Below, piece after piece: positions 1 to 13,662 of a DNA stretch of 64,000 bases. The stretch comes from Phoronis australis (Eukaryota > Animalia > Phoronida), in contig NMRA01000053.1 in NCBI GenBank assembly GCA_002633005.1, positions 62,001 through 126,000 of the forward strand. Reading direction: 5' to 3'. Under the pieces are notes generated by a model. It worked only from the letters and a program-made list of their open reading frames with translations. It was not told the DNA's origin and did not search any database. The position numbers and the translations under genes were made by a program. Every line of letters starts with the position of its first letter. The first letter of the stretch is position 1.

Positions 1-502
1 AAAGCTGTATTATTATATGGCCTTACAACAATCTGGGTGTGAAAGAACGCTAGCAGTTTCCTTCTATATATGTTTATTCTCATGCGCTGAAAGCTCGGTT
101 CAGCTGAAATGTACAAAAACATACCGCAGTGTCGCATATTAGTGCCGATCTCAAATATGCAGATGGTAAAAGTCGATTAACAACACCATTTGTGAATCAG
201 TGTCAGGTCTCAAGTAAGCGCCGGAGACAGTAACTCAATACTAATTGACAGAACAACTCTGTCTGCAATTCAGTGTCTTGAGAGCTTGGGGTCTACTGTT
301 AATTAGATGTAAGTCAATGTAGCACGTCAAATTAATGAATAGATGTTATAAGTGTTAAAAACAATGTGTGACGTAGTAGTTGTTTTGAAAATGTATATAA
401 CATGCAGAAACCATTCCTGCATCTCATTTATATATGGTTGTCAGTGTTCTCCACAATAATAATTCCAAACTCGACGTAAATTTCTAGAGGAGTTCCATGT
501 TA

Positions 503-660
503 TCGTATTCACCTTAATAAGCACCCATGCCCTTATAAGCGCCTCTCAGGCTTTTTCAGACTTCGCTGAAATAAGCACCCAGCCCATGAACGTGTACTGA
601 TGCGAAAAATACGTTACTTACTGTCCTAAAATTCTGCAGTAACGTCTTCAACAAGATTCG
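503..660. mobile_element. Truncated left end of the Tc2-like (HIRAN-family) element
   Basis: ta|tcgtattcaccttaataagcacccatgcccttataagcgcc...tcagacttcgctgaaataagcacccagcccatgaacgtgtac is homologous to 1415-1550 and 34733-34880; no right TIR found. Confidence 0.7.
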
Positions 661-1414
661 GCAGTCCTAAAAAATCAGGTCGAAACTCTGTTTTTCAATC
701 GACTGTTCTTGTCTTACGGGCACAAGGTTCCGTACATTATTGGAACTGGTTTCATTTCTTTTCAAATTTTTCGTATTTTAATACCAGGAAACCGAATTTC
801 AAAACAAATTTTGCTGCTCTGAAGCTGTCGTCATCTCCTGAGTGATGTCACAAAATTTTAGGAAATGGCGCATGCATGCGTCACGGTTGTACGGTTTTCA
901 AAAGGGCAACAGACTTTCTTTGTTATAAAAGGCAGAGCATTATTGTTTTTCACTTAAACAGGGGTACACTTAGCCACTCGCCCAGTCGCCAATGCAAGTA
1001 AAAATAGTGCTGGGCAAATAGAAGTTGACATGCCGGTCGCCCAGGTAGCGAGCGAATTTTGAGAGCGCAAAAGCACTCTATCGTTTCCCAGATTAACATG
1101 AATAAATTTTCTCCTCATGCTGTTTTTATCATGAATTTAAGGTTCAGTTTGGTCAGCGTGTGGATGCTCCGGCAGTAAAAAACATCGGCGCAGTGCGCTG
1201 CTACCAATTCAGTTGATGTCACCGGTTACGCGATTCCTCTAGACGAAAGATCACAGCGTGTGGTCAAGCACAAAGGAATTTGTGGACTAGTACGAAATGA
1301 AGAGAAAGGGGGGAAATGCGGAAGACCGTACTTCTTTGAACTGAATTTTTATTGTAATGTAGAATGTCATTTTAGCCAAAATTATTTTATAAATAATAAC
1401 ATTGAAAACACATT

Positions 1415-2489
1415 CCGTATTCCCCCTAATAAGCGCCCCCCATGCGTTTTCAGACTTCACTAAAATAAGCGCCCAGTCCACGAACATGTACATATGCTAA
1501 AACTGCCTTACCTACAGTTCTAAAATTCTACAGTAATGTCTTCAGTTTATCAATAATATCCGACAGTTCTGAAAATCATTGTGCACAGAATTTCTAGACC
1601 AGGAGCCTCGCCGCTTTGTCGGTATTTAGCCTTGACTGTACATTTCAAACTTCCGCAGTGCTTTAGAAAGAACGCAAAAGTTTTGCTGATCTTGCTAGTG
1701 ACGTGTCCCACTATGGTCAGGGCTTTCAGAACAGAAGCAGCGTACTTGTCAGTGGGATTGTATTGTATCTTTCCTGTACAGATCTTCTCCCTCAACAGGA
1801 ATCCAGATTGCTTTGTACACGTAAAAACCCCAAATCGAAACTTGACCAGTGTTAATGAACACGTGGCCAAGAAGCGTGCGCTAGGGCCTACATATATATG
1901 TAGACCTGCTACTCTGGAAAATGAACTCTGACGACACGCACGCACTCGCTCACTCGGCGCATACCTGCACATTAACTTCAAAACAAACTTCACGTGACAA
2001 CAATGTATGTGCCTCACGATTTTTCTCGTGTTGTGGGGTGCAATCTAGGGCAGATTTGGACTTAATCTGCAGTTAATCCCGACTCCACAGGAACTTAAAA
2101 ATCTTAGGGACACGATTTGGAAAACTTAAGGAGGGTTTCAGGTAATTTGTTGAGTCAAAATGGTATTTTTACTCGAGAATTCAAATTGCCCTACCGACAA
2201 TCACGAGGCAGTGAAACATCAATCGGCAAGTTTTTGCCCTGGGATTTCAGCACAATTTTTTATAAAAAGAATGTAATTATCAACGAAGTTTGATAGTTAT
2301 GTACCACAGTTTTGTGGAAAGTCTGTCATAGGTTACAGATATGTCACATCGCGTATATTTGATGAATCCTAGCTTCCGATTTCATCCATTTCGGAGACCG
2401 GGTTTCAATCGCCTCAGGGTACAACAAGCGCCGCCCCCCTTTCCGAAACGAATTTTCAAAGCACCCAGTGCTTATTAGGGCGAATACGG
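1415..2489. mobile_element. Tc2-like (TcMar) non-autonomous DNA transposon carrying a decayed HIRAN-like ORF
   Basis: TIRs CCGTATTCCCCCTAATAAGCGC / GTGCTTATTAGGGCGAATACGG|TA; CCGTA termini with TA target resemble C. elegans Tc2; homologous to 34733-36152. Confidence 0.8.
1571..1838 (-). pseudogene. Frameshifted HIRAN-like domain ORF inside the Tc2-like element
   Basis: SIWGFYVYKAIWIPVEGEDLY / (frameshift) NPTDKYAASVLKALTIVGHVTSKISKTFAFFLKHCGSLKCTVKAKYRQSGEAPGLEILCTMIF resembles the HIRAN pattern G.hvY...W.P..Ge.L...E..N..D.yAv......vGhvP; recognised by eye. Confidence 0.7.
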
Positions 2490-2797
2490 TAACGATGATG
2501 ACATCAATGCAAGAAACAATGATTTTTATTGACATTGGCAGCAAGTTTGTGGTGACAGACGCTAACGGCCGGGCGACTGAACTTCGGGCTGGGCCAGTAG
2601 ATTTTCTTGCTCACTCGCCCAGTTGGCGAATGGGGTTTTGAAACCTGGGTATATCCCTGTTAAACGGCTGTAACAGGTGAGGTTAGTATCGGTTGACTCC
2701 CAGATTTGTATGCGCTCCTGCCAGTCGTTAGTTCTACTTGTTGATATAAGTTTCACGACGAGGTGATGAGCAGAACTACCCGGACTCCGTGAAATTT

Positions 2798-2966
2798 CAG
2801 GGTCTAATGGAGCTTAACACCCAGTGCTTCCTAACTGTATGTTGACAAAAGTCTTCATACAACTAGCTGGCTAGCTAAACACAGTGGTACCTAGCTGTGT
2901 TTTAACGATAGTCTTCATGCAGCTAGCTTACTGGCTACACTGTGTGTTGAGCCCCGTTAGACCCCG
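2798..2966. mobile_element. Short palindromic MITE
   Basis: cagggtctaatggagcttaacacccagtg pairs with cactgtgtgttgagccccgttagaccccg (about 29-bp imperfect inverted repeat). Confidence 0.6.
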
Positions 2967-5755
2967 TGCTGCCCCAAGTCGCTGTATCCTTGAGTCACTG
3001 TTGCAGTTCCTTAACAACGTTTCACGGGCATTTTGCAGAGCAACGTAAGTTAACACCACTCAAATGACACAATCAATATCATAAATTTTCAATACTAGTG
3101 AAATATTATGCTGCGAGTAGTATGTAAAACATGAGATTTTCAAGTAGCGGCTATGGACATCTACATATTGTGGGACAAGATGAACTATTATTTCTCCGTA
3201 CTCAGTCCCATGTTTCAGCACTGCTCTACCTGCTCTCACATTTACACGCGTGATCTTCAAACTACCCGCAAGTGATCTATTTAGACAACAATTACAGCGT
3301 CTTTTGAGATAGATCTTGAACATTTCGTACGAAATTTTCTTAAGTTATTGATCCTGTTGTTTTTGCTCTGAATGTATCTTTCTTTTTTGACTAAATTTTT
3401 CTAAAAAGTATGGTCACATGTCCTAATTAATGACGAATTGGTATAAATTCAAAAATCAAATTCTATGTAATTTTGTTTTTCAAAAAATTTATGCTTTTGC
3501 CGAGTTAAATTCTATAGTTTTGTTGACGTTTGGCAAAATGCACAGCCTTGAGGACAAAGTCTTACATAACCTCAGTGGAACAGAGGGTATGCATGCACAA
3601 ACATAGTAATGAATTACTGTAGTAACTACTTATATGAGCCTTACAAACCTCGCACAATCTGTTACAGAAACATAAAAGATGAAGCAATAACATATAGTTA
3701 GAATGATGTATAATTTAAGTCAATTTGCTTAATTAGTACCAACTTTTTATAATTGCGTATCAAAAAGGTTTCAAAAACTTTTGCTAAACAAGTTATCAAT
3801 ACAAGTTTGGTAGAACAACATTTCATTTACTCATAAACAAGTAAAAATACAAGTAATTAATTATTACTTACTGTAACTAACAAGCTTAATTAGTGCTACT
3901 GACATATGTAATCCTTCTATGATTGGTAACAAACAGTTCATTTTTCAACACTCCACCTGACCTATGTTTTTCATGTACTGGAAATCTGATCTCAGTTATT
4001 CTTTCCTAACAATCCGTTGTTGTCTCTCAATCTGGAAGCAGGAATTGCATAAATGTGAAACTAGTGTGCTTTATAAAATGTAGAAGTTCAGTAACCATTG
4101 GTAATATATATGGGTTCGCTCTTTTGGTCTGTGAGAGTTTGAATCTTGTTTATTGCACTCACAGTTGTGCATGGCAAGGTGATGCTCTGTATGTGGTAAG
4201 AATACTTGTGCAATGTCTTGGATGTATTTAGCAGTGCAGCACTTTTTGAAAAGTTATTGTAAACAATGATACGCAAGTTGGGTTTGGTGAAATGTCAAAT
4301 CCACGTAACCTTAAAAATCAGCACATGAAAATTACAGAATGACATTGGCGTGTATTCTTATTCAGATTGTGAGTATTTAAGTAGCAAATTTTCTTTAAGA
4401 TATGTTTTAACAAAACAATGTTTGATTTGCATATACAGCCTTGGTTGACGACAAACAGGTCTGAGAATTACATTTAAAATCATACACCTGGACTTTTCCA
4501 TGCCTTATAAACTTACAAGTTCATAAATCTTGTAATGGAATGTAAAGCACATCTCACAAACTCGGGCGGGCAGCATCGCTTTCATCATCACCTCCCTACC
4601 GGATGTCGGACACAAACTAAGCTGAAGACAATATATAATGAGTCGTTTATAATATTGATCTTCAGGTGGGTAAAAAAGGAAGCAGGATAGCACGGCTTTG
4701 GCACAACCAACACAGGCACACATGTCAAGGGTTGAAAGTTATTGTCTGTTTATGTCTGCTTGTGGTTATCTTCTAGGTTGTGTATTCATATAATGTCCAT
4801 TACTGGTGAGCTTACAGGTTGGTCTGATGAACTATGTCTATCATGCAATTTGACTTTTCTAATCATAATTTAAAGACACTTAACCTTGGTTCTCTCCTTT
4901 TGAATTATCAATTTTGATATCAAAATCAATTTAAACATAGATTTGTCGGTTAAAATGAAGGATTGCCAATCCCCATAGTTCGGAAGCTTTTCTGCCTGAC
5001 AAGTCAGTGTTTTCCACGTCTTGTTTTAATGTAGCGTTGCAACCTGTTTGCATCGACTTGCATCATGTCTGAGTAATCCGCCACATGTTTGAACTGTATA
5101 AACTAGTTTAGAAAAAGGTGTCACGTCTTAATTAATTAAACTGAGGTTGGCAGGGTTTGCAAAATTAAAAGGGGGGACCATGCTAGACCTAGAGGTCGCT
5201 AACAACCAAAAGCTAGGGATTGTCTCTGTATGTTGGGATTTATGTAGACTGTCTCAAAATTTTTACAGAGCTTGTGTCCTGTAGTTTAGAAAATCTTTTT
5301 TTTTTTGAGAATGACTGAAATCTGCTAGTGAAAATAGATTTTATTTTAATCCATGTTGTCTTTGCTAATAGCTGTGGTATTGCGCAGTAAAGAATGTTTC
5401 TTTAATGCCCATTATCAGACAAGCAATGCAAACAGTTTTTCTTTACCTATTTAATCAGTCTAGGATTTCATTCCCACTTCGCCTTTTGACACTAGTGTTC
5501 TTTCTACACAAGGGTCCTTACAAGCGTTGTTTTCTTGAAAATTGTTCGAAGTTTCTGATGTTTTCCACTTGGCAAAATGGATACATTCGACAACTCGGGA
5601 TGACAGTGGGTCTGGTGCAGTATTTGTTTTTTCAGTTGTTACGCCACCAGAAACTTGGGATTTATTAAATGTGTTTGCAACAAGATCAAGTGCAAATGAA
5701 ACAAATTGTTCAATATTCAGAGCTACTTGATTCTAACTAAAATGTCCAGTATGTT

Positions 5756-6559
5756 CAGTGTTCTCCACGGCCTGTTTTAAGTCGACGCTGTAACGAGTTT
5801 GGATTTTGCTGCGTGGAGTTTGGAAAATGCGCTTCGAGTTTAGAAAGTGCTGCGTCAGGTTTGAACTTTTGTCCTGGCTTGGTATTTCAGCCCTCAACCC
5901 TAAAGCAGTGCCTGATTAACCAACATCAAGCCCTGTACAGAACTTCAGAGGCAGTCAACACTATATGTATGACTTCGTAAGACACTACAAAAGTTTTAAT
6001 TATAATTAACAAAATCTGCAAAAAACTTTAAATAACAAACATTTCATGGAGTCACCTAGCTTGCTTAATTAAGTGACTAATCTACTTTGTCATTCTAACT
6101 TTAAAATTTTGCAAGTCAACCTATAAAAAAGCAATTTAATTTGCTTAATAAAGACAATTTTGATTTTGACTGACATCTAGTGGCAAGTTAGAACTTTATG
6201 AGCTTATTAAACTTGACAACAGGTGTCACTAAAAACTAGGTCACATCAGAACTCATGTTAGTAGTACTTAATATGTCTAATTGATATTAAAATCGGCATT
6301 GGTATTATTAAAGGAACTTTTGATCTTTTGTTTGCTGCTCTGGGTGTGTCAAATGCTTTGGAGAAATTATGAGATGCATTGGTAGGAAAGCTAAACTTTG
6401 AAGTGTCTAAGAAGTAGGTCACACCAGTGCAGTGTGCAGTTTTAAACCATATATAAATACCTCCAGCATAACTATGCTTATGGGTAGACACAAAACAATG
6501 TCAATAACTGACATTCAACATTTGCGTGGAGTTTGGAATTTACAATGTGGAGAACACTG
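5756..6559. mobile_element. hAT-like MITE with 13-bp TIR and 5-bp TSD
   Basis: ATGTT|CAGTGTTCTCCAC ... GTGGAGAACACTG|ATGTT; an orphan identical left end occurs at 442. Confidence 0.8.
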
Positions 6560-6779
6560 ATGTTGTATTAGAACATAACTCTTTAGTTTCATGAGCGATT
6601 CCATGAAGAGGTGTTTGTTTATCAACTTTTGTTGCAGTTGGTACCAATTCTTGTGCTACATACCTAGTAAGCACCCCTTCACTTGAAATGAGTTAGTCCC
6701 TATATACTCTTGGGTAAAAATAGAGAAGTGCTTTGTATTTGTCAAAGTGGAGATGAAATTGAGAGGAATTGCTGAAATT

Positions 6780-7200
6780 GCCGTTTACACTTACAAAGGT
6801 GACACGGATCAGCTGACATGGGAACAAGTTGTTCCAATGTGTAAACGGACTGGCACGGCGCAAATTGACACTGCTATGGCAAATTTTTGCTACCCGTTTG
6901 TGAGGTAGAGTAATTTGCGCCCGAACATCTTGCGCCGTGTCAATTACAAGTCTAAACGCAAAACTGGAGTAAGGCGGAAAGGATCGTCTCTACTGTGCTT
7001 GTGCAATGACCTACGTACGGGTTCTTTGTCTCTGTAACTGTCGTCGTTTGTAAACCTGCGCATGTGCGATACAGTCTCTCCAGCCTTTAATTTCCGTCTT
7101 GCCACGGTTAGTGAGTTGTGTGTGAAAACGGCCGCTTGACACAGGTCAATTTGCTCTGTGTCAGTTGCGCTGGGCCAAAAGTTGATGTCTAAACGGGACT
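6780..7200. mobile_element. Interspersed repeat (Harbinger-like, tentative), copy 1
   Basis: Direct-orientation homology with 54570-55000 (gccgtttacac..., gcaaattgacactgc, cccgtttgtgaggtagag, gggccaaaagttgatgtctaaacgggactt). Confidence 0.7.
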
Positions 7201-10200
7201 TTAGAATAGGGCACAGTGCCCTGTCATAAGAGCCTGTGTGAGACCAACTGACCATAGCCCTTTGAAACTGATAATAGAGGTCAGTGTGTCGATTGCTTCT
7301 GTCTGGCTCCTTTGTTGGTGTTTGCCTGCTTTCAATACGTTGGGGTTTTCAGTTGTGGAGAAAACTGCTAGCAAGACTTATACACTATTTTACAGCAATG
7401 TTCGTTTTTGGAGATTCATAATTTTGGGAACCAGGCAGTCACTATTTGCTGATGGAACTCAGTTCTCAAAATGCAGGACCAACAAAAATGGGCTATTCCC
7501 CTACTGTACTGTTTTAGGTCAAAGAAAATAGAATAATTTGTTGTTTTTTTTTTGAAAATTGATGCATTATCTTACATTTAGATATTTTCAAAAAAAAAAA
7601 CCAGTGCCTCGATTTTGGGGTCGAATATTGGCCCTATTCCCCTTTTAAATAGTTTTAAAAAAATCATGTGAAATTCTCCTCATGAGGTCCAAAAATTCGC
7701 CTCAAAGTTCGGGTCAGTTGTAACTGACTCGGGCGACGATTTGAAACAGCACAGAATGTTAGTTTTCGTTATTTGTGGCAGATCCTTTGAGTGCTGGCGA
7801 CGGGGTGGGGGATAATATTGATGATGACCAGGGGTCTTATTTTCCCCCTCGTTCAAACATTCCCCTCTCAGAAGACCCAGGCACTTTTTCCCTCGTTTGA
7901 ACAAGGACCCTGAAAAACCACCTAATGCCAGCTGAAATGGGTCGTGATCTGTGGTGATCGTTGTCTTAGTAGTGAATCATTCCATTTCGAGCACCTGCTG
8001 ACTGTGCCAAAAGTAATGTTCCCTTATTTACCAAGGGTGCACTTCAGAGTTAGCCCCGGTGAACTGTAATTTGCAAAGATAGTTGCCACAGAGTACAGTG
8101 GTCTGTGCTTTGTTTTGGAATGAGTGAATTCTATCTATGTTAAACACTGCGCAGAAAAGTGTTCCTGTTGTGTTGTTAGAACTCGGAGTTAAGAAAAAAG
8201 TGGCAAGTGGCCTGATGCTGTATGCGGTATGTCAGGATTGCTTAGGTCACATGACAGGGCCCATTGCCCTGAATTTGAGAGTTATCATTGTCACGAGGTT
8301 TTGACGTAGTTATGACATGCTATATCGATATTTTCTCTTGAGCATTCATTCAGTTGCTTGTTATTCAATTGGGGAAACTGGTTCTGATATATGGCACCAA
8401 GTTTAGTATCAAAGTCACTGCTTATCTCCAGCCAAGCGCAATGAGCAGTGATATGAAATGAAGAAGGGCAGTTTAGTCCCTTTTGGGTAGGTATTCATTT
8501 GGTAATCCCCATGTCTCATAATTTGGGGACTGCAACATTTGAGTAGGGAAGTTTGCCCGATTCATCCTTGGGAATAGTTTTGAATGATCCTGTCCTGTCA
8601 CGAACTGGTAATTAAGTTTAAGGCACATGAAAATGCCGTTTGTTGGCGTCGACACTAATCACACAAGGTAGTCAAAAAGGATTATGCACCATATCTAGGA
8701 TTTGTCAAATCTTGATTCACAGTGAGTGAGCAATTATGTGCTTTCATCACAAAAAATCCTGGCATGGTTAACATTTGCAGCGCCCTCTGACAACCAGTAA
8801 GCAACAATAGCCTATTATGTTGTCCTGTGATGATGCTTGACAAACTAGAAGCCAATAGAACCTTTCTTTAGATACCTTTGTACTAAAATTGGCTATGTGA
8901 CTTTTAAGACCAGGAAAAAGTGGTCATGCTGATGATAAAAGTGTGTACTTGCTTTCTCCGAGTCATATTGAGATCGAGGTATATCAACCCAGCTTCAACA
9001 GAGATCAGCTCTGATCTCCCAGAAGTCTCTGAGCTTACTGTGCAATCCTACCATTAGGGGGAGCTTTAGAATTCTCCTCAGGTGGCAAATCACATATTAA
9101 GTGTCATGTGGACAAAACTGAATACTTGTTTGCTTGTTAAGTACACTATATCTGGGTTAAAAAAATCTTAGTCATCTTTTCTCAATGTGTTATTAGTTTT
9201 TGATTGGAAACTGACAACAAACTAACAGCGTTTTATTGGAAACTGGCGGCCAACTAACAGTGTTTTATTTGCTTTGTTCATTCTTGAACTTGTGACTTCT
9301 CGGAAACATTTTGCCTGTCTGCAGATTGACAATCTCTGAACTAGTAAACTTACAGTCAATAAGTAAAACACCTGGATTGTAGGATGATAAACCTATTGAT
9401 CTTTACTCAGACGTAACAAGAGTAAAACAAGAAAAAACTCATAATTTTTTAGATCACAATGTTTCATATTTGAGGGCAGTGCGCAGAAACCTATGGCTTT
9501 CTGCTGATGGAGATTGAATAGTTATGCACCCAAACACCAGAGTTCAGTGGTTCTTGATTCCAGGTGTTTTATTACCTGTAGAATGTACTTGCCTACACTG
9601 CCAATCATACAGAAAACAATCTTCAGTTTGGCAGACAATATACCAAGCAAGTAAATTGTATTTTGTCGAATTTCTCATACTTTCTGTTCAGAACAGTTCC
9701 ATTTTTACATAGTACGCACCTAAAGTATTCAGGCAAAATGACTAGAATTCCCAATCATAAGGGTTGAGTTCTAGGGTTTATCAGAGCATAAGTGTTGACA
9801 GTATCCTTTGTTTTAAGGAAGAACACTTTGCAACCATGACCATGACAGATGAACCTGATTGGTTTCTTTGAACACCCATCTTGAATTAGTTATGGTGAAA
9901 TCAAATCGTAAATTATTGCTTGCATGATTAGCTCTGTATACAGTTGTACCCAAACAATAGTTGAATTTAGCAATTCTTTTGGCCGAAACATAAAATGTAA
10001 CCTTTAAGTTTCCAGCTAAAGTGTGTCTCTATGTACACCTGAAACCTGAAGTGCAAGTAAGTGTACGTCTACTATGTATGTCCATAATGGAAAAACTCCC
10101 ATAAAGGAAGCAAAAGTTTAGTGAGGATTTGAATTTTTTTAATTTGTTTGGATAACTGATAAGCTTAGAATTTTACTGTGCCTGTTTCTGGCATGTAATT

Positions 10201-13200
10201 AAGGAAAATTACACTGCTGTAAAACTCCATCCTATTTCGGACGTAAGTAATTTTTACAATTGTCCTTCATTTCTCAAGGCATTCTAATATTGCTGTGAAT
10301 GTCCATAATTTTTCAAAATATTCTCAGAGGCAGCTGTAGTAGAGAACTTGAACATGGAAAACCGATATTTCGGTGCTACATGTCTTTTACGGAAAAAAAA
10401 TTAAACATAAAGTTGTACTTGAGTCCTAAATTGGTGGGATTTTACCGTGTTGTGGAAACCCTTTCCAGTTATTTATTACAACAAATTATGTATATTTCAA
10501 ATTTAGTCAGGGTAGAATTTCACTCGCGTTTGTGTGTGTCTGCCTAGTCACTTGTCTTTGAGAAAACATCAAAATTGACTTAAAATTTTGACTGCAGTTA
10601 ATCTAATGCTGCAACTGCCCTTTCTAGTATGCTTTGTGCAGTAGAGAGGTCACCAAGTAAATTTTGAAAACATTTTGAGCATTCACAATGATGTAAGTAA
10701 ATGTAAATTTTAGTAGTACATGTTCTAACAAACTGATTTTGCACGAAAATAATTGTCATAATTAAAATTTTTCCATTTTTCAAAGTCTGAATGGAATCTT
10801 AGCCAAAAGCTGTTTGATGACATTTACACAGTTCAAACTATGCTAGTCAGAAACTTAATCCATTTTTGTGGAAATTATGACAAAAAAATTTCAATTGTCG
10901 ACCATATTGTGTCCTGTATTCTTGTTTTATTTGCTGTGGTTATCTTTGAAACCTGTCCCAGTTCCAGGAAAAACAGTTAGTTGCATATGCTTACCCAACC
11001 TGTACATCTTTTGACAAAAATTAAATAACATCGGTAAGATAAAACACGCCCCCTTTAGCTTGGCATTTGTTCAACTTGGAATTCTGATAGTGCATTTCAA
11101 GTCCACCGTTGGGCAAGACTAGTTTTGCACTGCAGGGAATCGATAATTGGTTTGTACAAAAATATTTTTTGTTATTGTTTACGAATTTGCGGCAGATATC
11201 ATGGTTGTGTTCACTGCTAATAATTTGGCACCATTTGATACAGAATCTGCTGTCATATAAGAGACCAATATTTTAGATCTATGTTTATAAACACACAGGT
11301 TGGTACCATAGGAAAGTCTGGAAATTTTAGACAAAATGAACGCCAAAACTACTTTTTTTGTTTCAAGGGCTTCCGGCATTGTTGTGAATTTCTCATTTTT
11401 TAAAACTTCTGGTGATAGCTATGGTATGGAAACCTGAAAATGATTGGTGACAGTTATTTGGTGCAACGTTTGGCAAAAAATGATAATTAAGGGAAACTTC
11501 ATTAGCCCTAAGCTCGTAAGATCTGTTGTACATTTCTTCACGAATATCTGTGACATGTTATGAATTTTCTGATTCCACATGAGTGCATATCAATTTCATT
11601 TCCTTCCGGCTGTCTGTCCCATCTGTCCCCGTAGCATCCGCTGCTGTGAAATTGAATAGATGTGTTTCTATGCATCTTGTTGGATTTAACGACTGGCAAA
11701 CTGATCTGACTTAGTGGCACCTAGTGGCAGTTTAAGTTTTTAAGTTTGCCTCTGGATATGACGTTATGCACTGGCTATTTGTGAAATTCGACACTATCCA
11801 TATATTTTTCAGACCCAACTGACCACTGCTGTTGGGACATTTAGTGTTGTAATATCCTTTTTCTGGGTCTGCCTCTCAACGTGGGGGGGGGCAGTTTGAA
11901 GGATCGTCATAAGGATGTGTTCCTTTTAATGAGATCATAGTTGATTTTGATTTTCGAACCGATCCGCAAACCGCTATGACACCTAGTGCTTAGTGGCAAT
12001 TTTAGTACTTTGTTATGTGGCGTTTACCTTTCAATCTGCTAAATGGTTTGAAGGGTCGTCATGTAATGTAAAGAATATATTTGTCTTATCGAGAGCATGG
12101 CGGACGTTGATTTTCGGACGTATTCACACTACTATGCCCCGTTGTGACAGTTTTATTTTTTGCGCCTGCCTCAAGATCTCTGAAGGTGGTGAAGGATCAT
12201 TTCGAAATTTGAAGGTTGTGGAACCTAGTAGGCCTGTCTCATTACTAAACAGTGCTCGATTTCTGGACATTAGATTGTGTTAGACGACCTGGGAAAAATC
12301 TCAAGTCGCCACAGCGAGTATCAAAGTCGGACAATAATTCCCCTGAAATTTGTTTCAAAGTCTGCGTTGACTTCCAAGCTTTAAATTGCTACAGGTTTCC
12401 TAGATTTAACATCTTTAGGTCACATTTAGATTTGTTTATTTCATGAAGTCCGTGTATTTGTAGTCAGTACACATCAAGCGCTTGAATTACCGGCTGCTTT
12501 CTTCTTTATCATGAATTGATTTTAAAGATTGAATGGTGCATATTATTTACAGTGAGATGTTGAAGAAGTCTGCGTAATTTTCAGAAAATCTTTTTTGTCG
12601 ACGTCAATTTTGTCATTTTCGAAAAATGATGACAGTCATTTTTGTTAAAAAATAGGAGTGATTTACTGTCGCTAATAGTGTTGCGCAAGTTTCTTAATCA
12701 GCTCTAATGACTGCTCATAAAGAGTGATTGAGTTATATTAAAAATTCTCGGTAATTTTCTGTGCATAAATTCTGATTGTGGTATGAAAGAAGCAAATTCT
12801 GGTACAGGTTGCTAATCTGAAAATATGTTCAGGCTTTAGCGCAGACCTGGAAATATTTTAATTTGTTAATTGCGTTTAACCCCATAGGAAGTTCTAGTGT
12901 GTTGTATGGTAGTCTGTCTGGGGTTATACTGCGCTACAAAGTATGGTCATTTATTTGTGATATAAAAACAGGCTGGTCTTGCTAGCATTCCAGTATCACA
13001 TTTATAGTAGAACGCATTTCTAGCATGCTATTTTGATTTTCATTTGAACTCGAGTTAAATTGAAGCTTAGCACTTAAATAGGATGTGAATCTTGCTCAAG
13101 AAGTTGGTAATTCCTGTGTCGCCGTTTTCTATTCACCTTCTTGCCTTATCTGACTGTGGAAGATTGAAACAAAGCCCATGTTATTAGAACCAGCTGTGGA

Positions 13201-13662
13201 GGTATTGATTAAGCTTTATTAAATTCAATGGAGTGTGTTTGCATATTTTTGCTACTAGCTTTCTGGAAGCACAGCTTAGCATTTTGTTATATATGTATCA
13301 GGCTTATCTGAATGAGTATTAATAAATTTGTTGCTAAAGTAGTTTCCGCCCAGTCCGCAGTAACAGTCACCGTAGGTATTAACCTTTATGTGTATGTAAG
13401 TTTCAGCGAAAATTTGTTTATTTTAGGGCTTGTTGAAATCCTATCGAAGCTGTCTTGATTCTGTTGAAGTTTTGACAAAAACCATGAGTCGAAAAGAGGG
13501 GAAGTTGGTAATATCTTGGTCACAAATAGTACGAATGGTCTGATAATTTTAACTTTTCAGCAAGATAGTGCCAAATCTCTTAAAAATTCGTTATGGACTT
13601 TTGTAAAGGAAATAAAGTTCTAATTTAAGTTTGATTGGCAGTGTCTTTAAACAGTGCCTTAA

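Larger units (their letters stand above)
959..2659. mobile_element. hAT-like (hAT5-type) non-autonomous element with 5-bp TSD, hosting the nested Tc2-like element
   Basis: Imperfect TIRs CAGGGGTACAC / GTATATCCCTG; flanking direct repeat TTAAA (954-958, 2660-2664); subterminal ACTCGCCCAG motifs at both ends. Confidence 0.6.

Noticed and set aside
13178-13207. Alternative ADAR start exon (ATG TTA TTA GAA CCA GCT GTG GAG|gtattg)
   Set aside because: Ends in phase 0, incompatible with the phase-1 acceptor at 28738.
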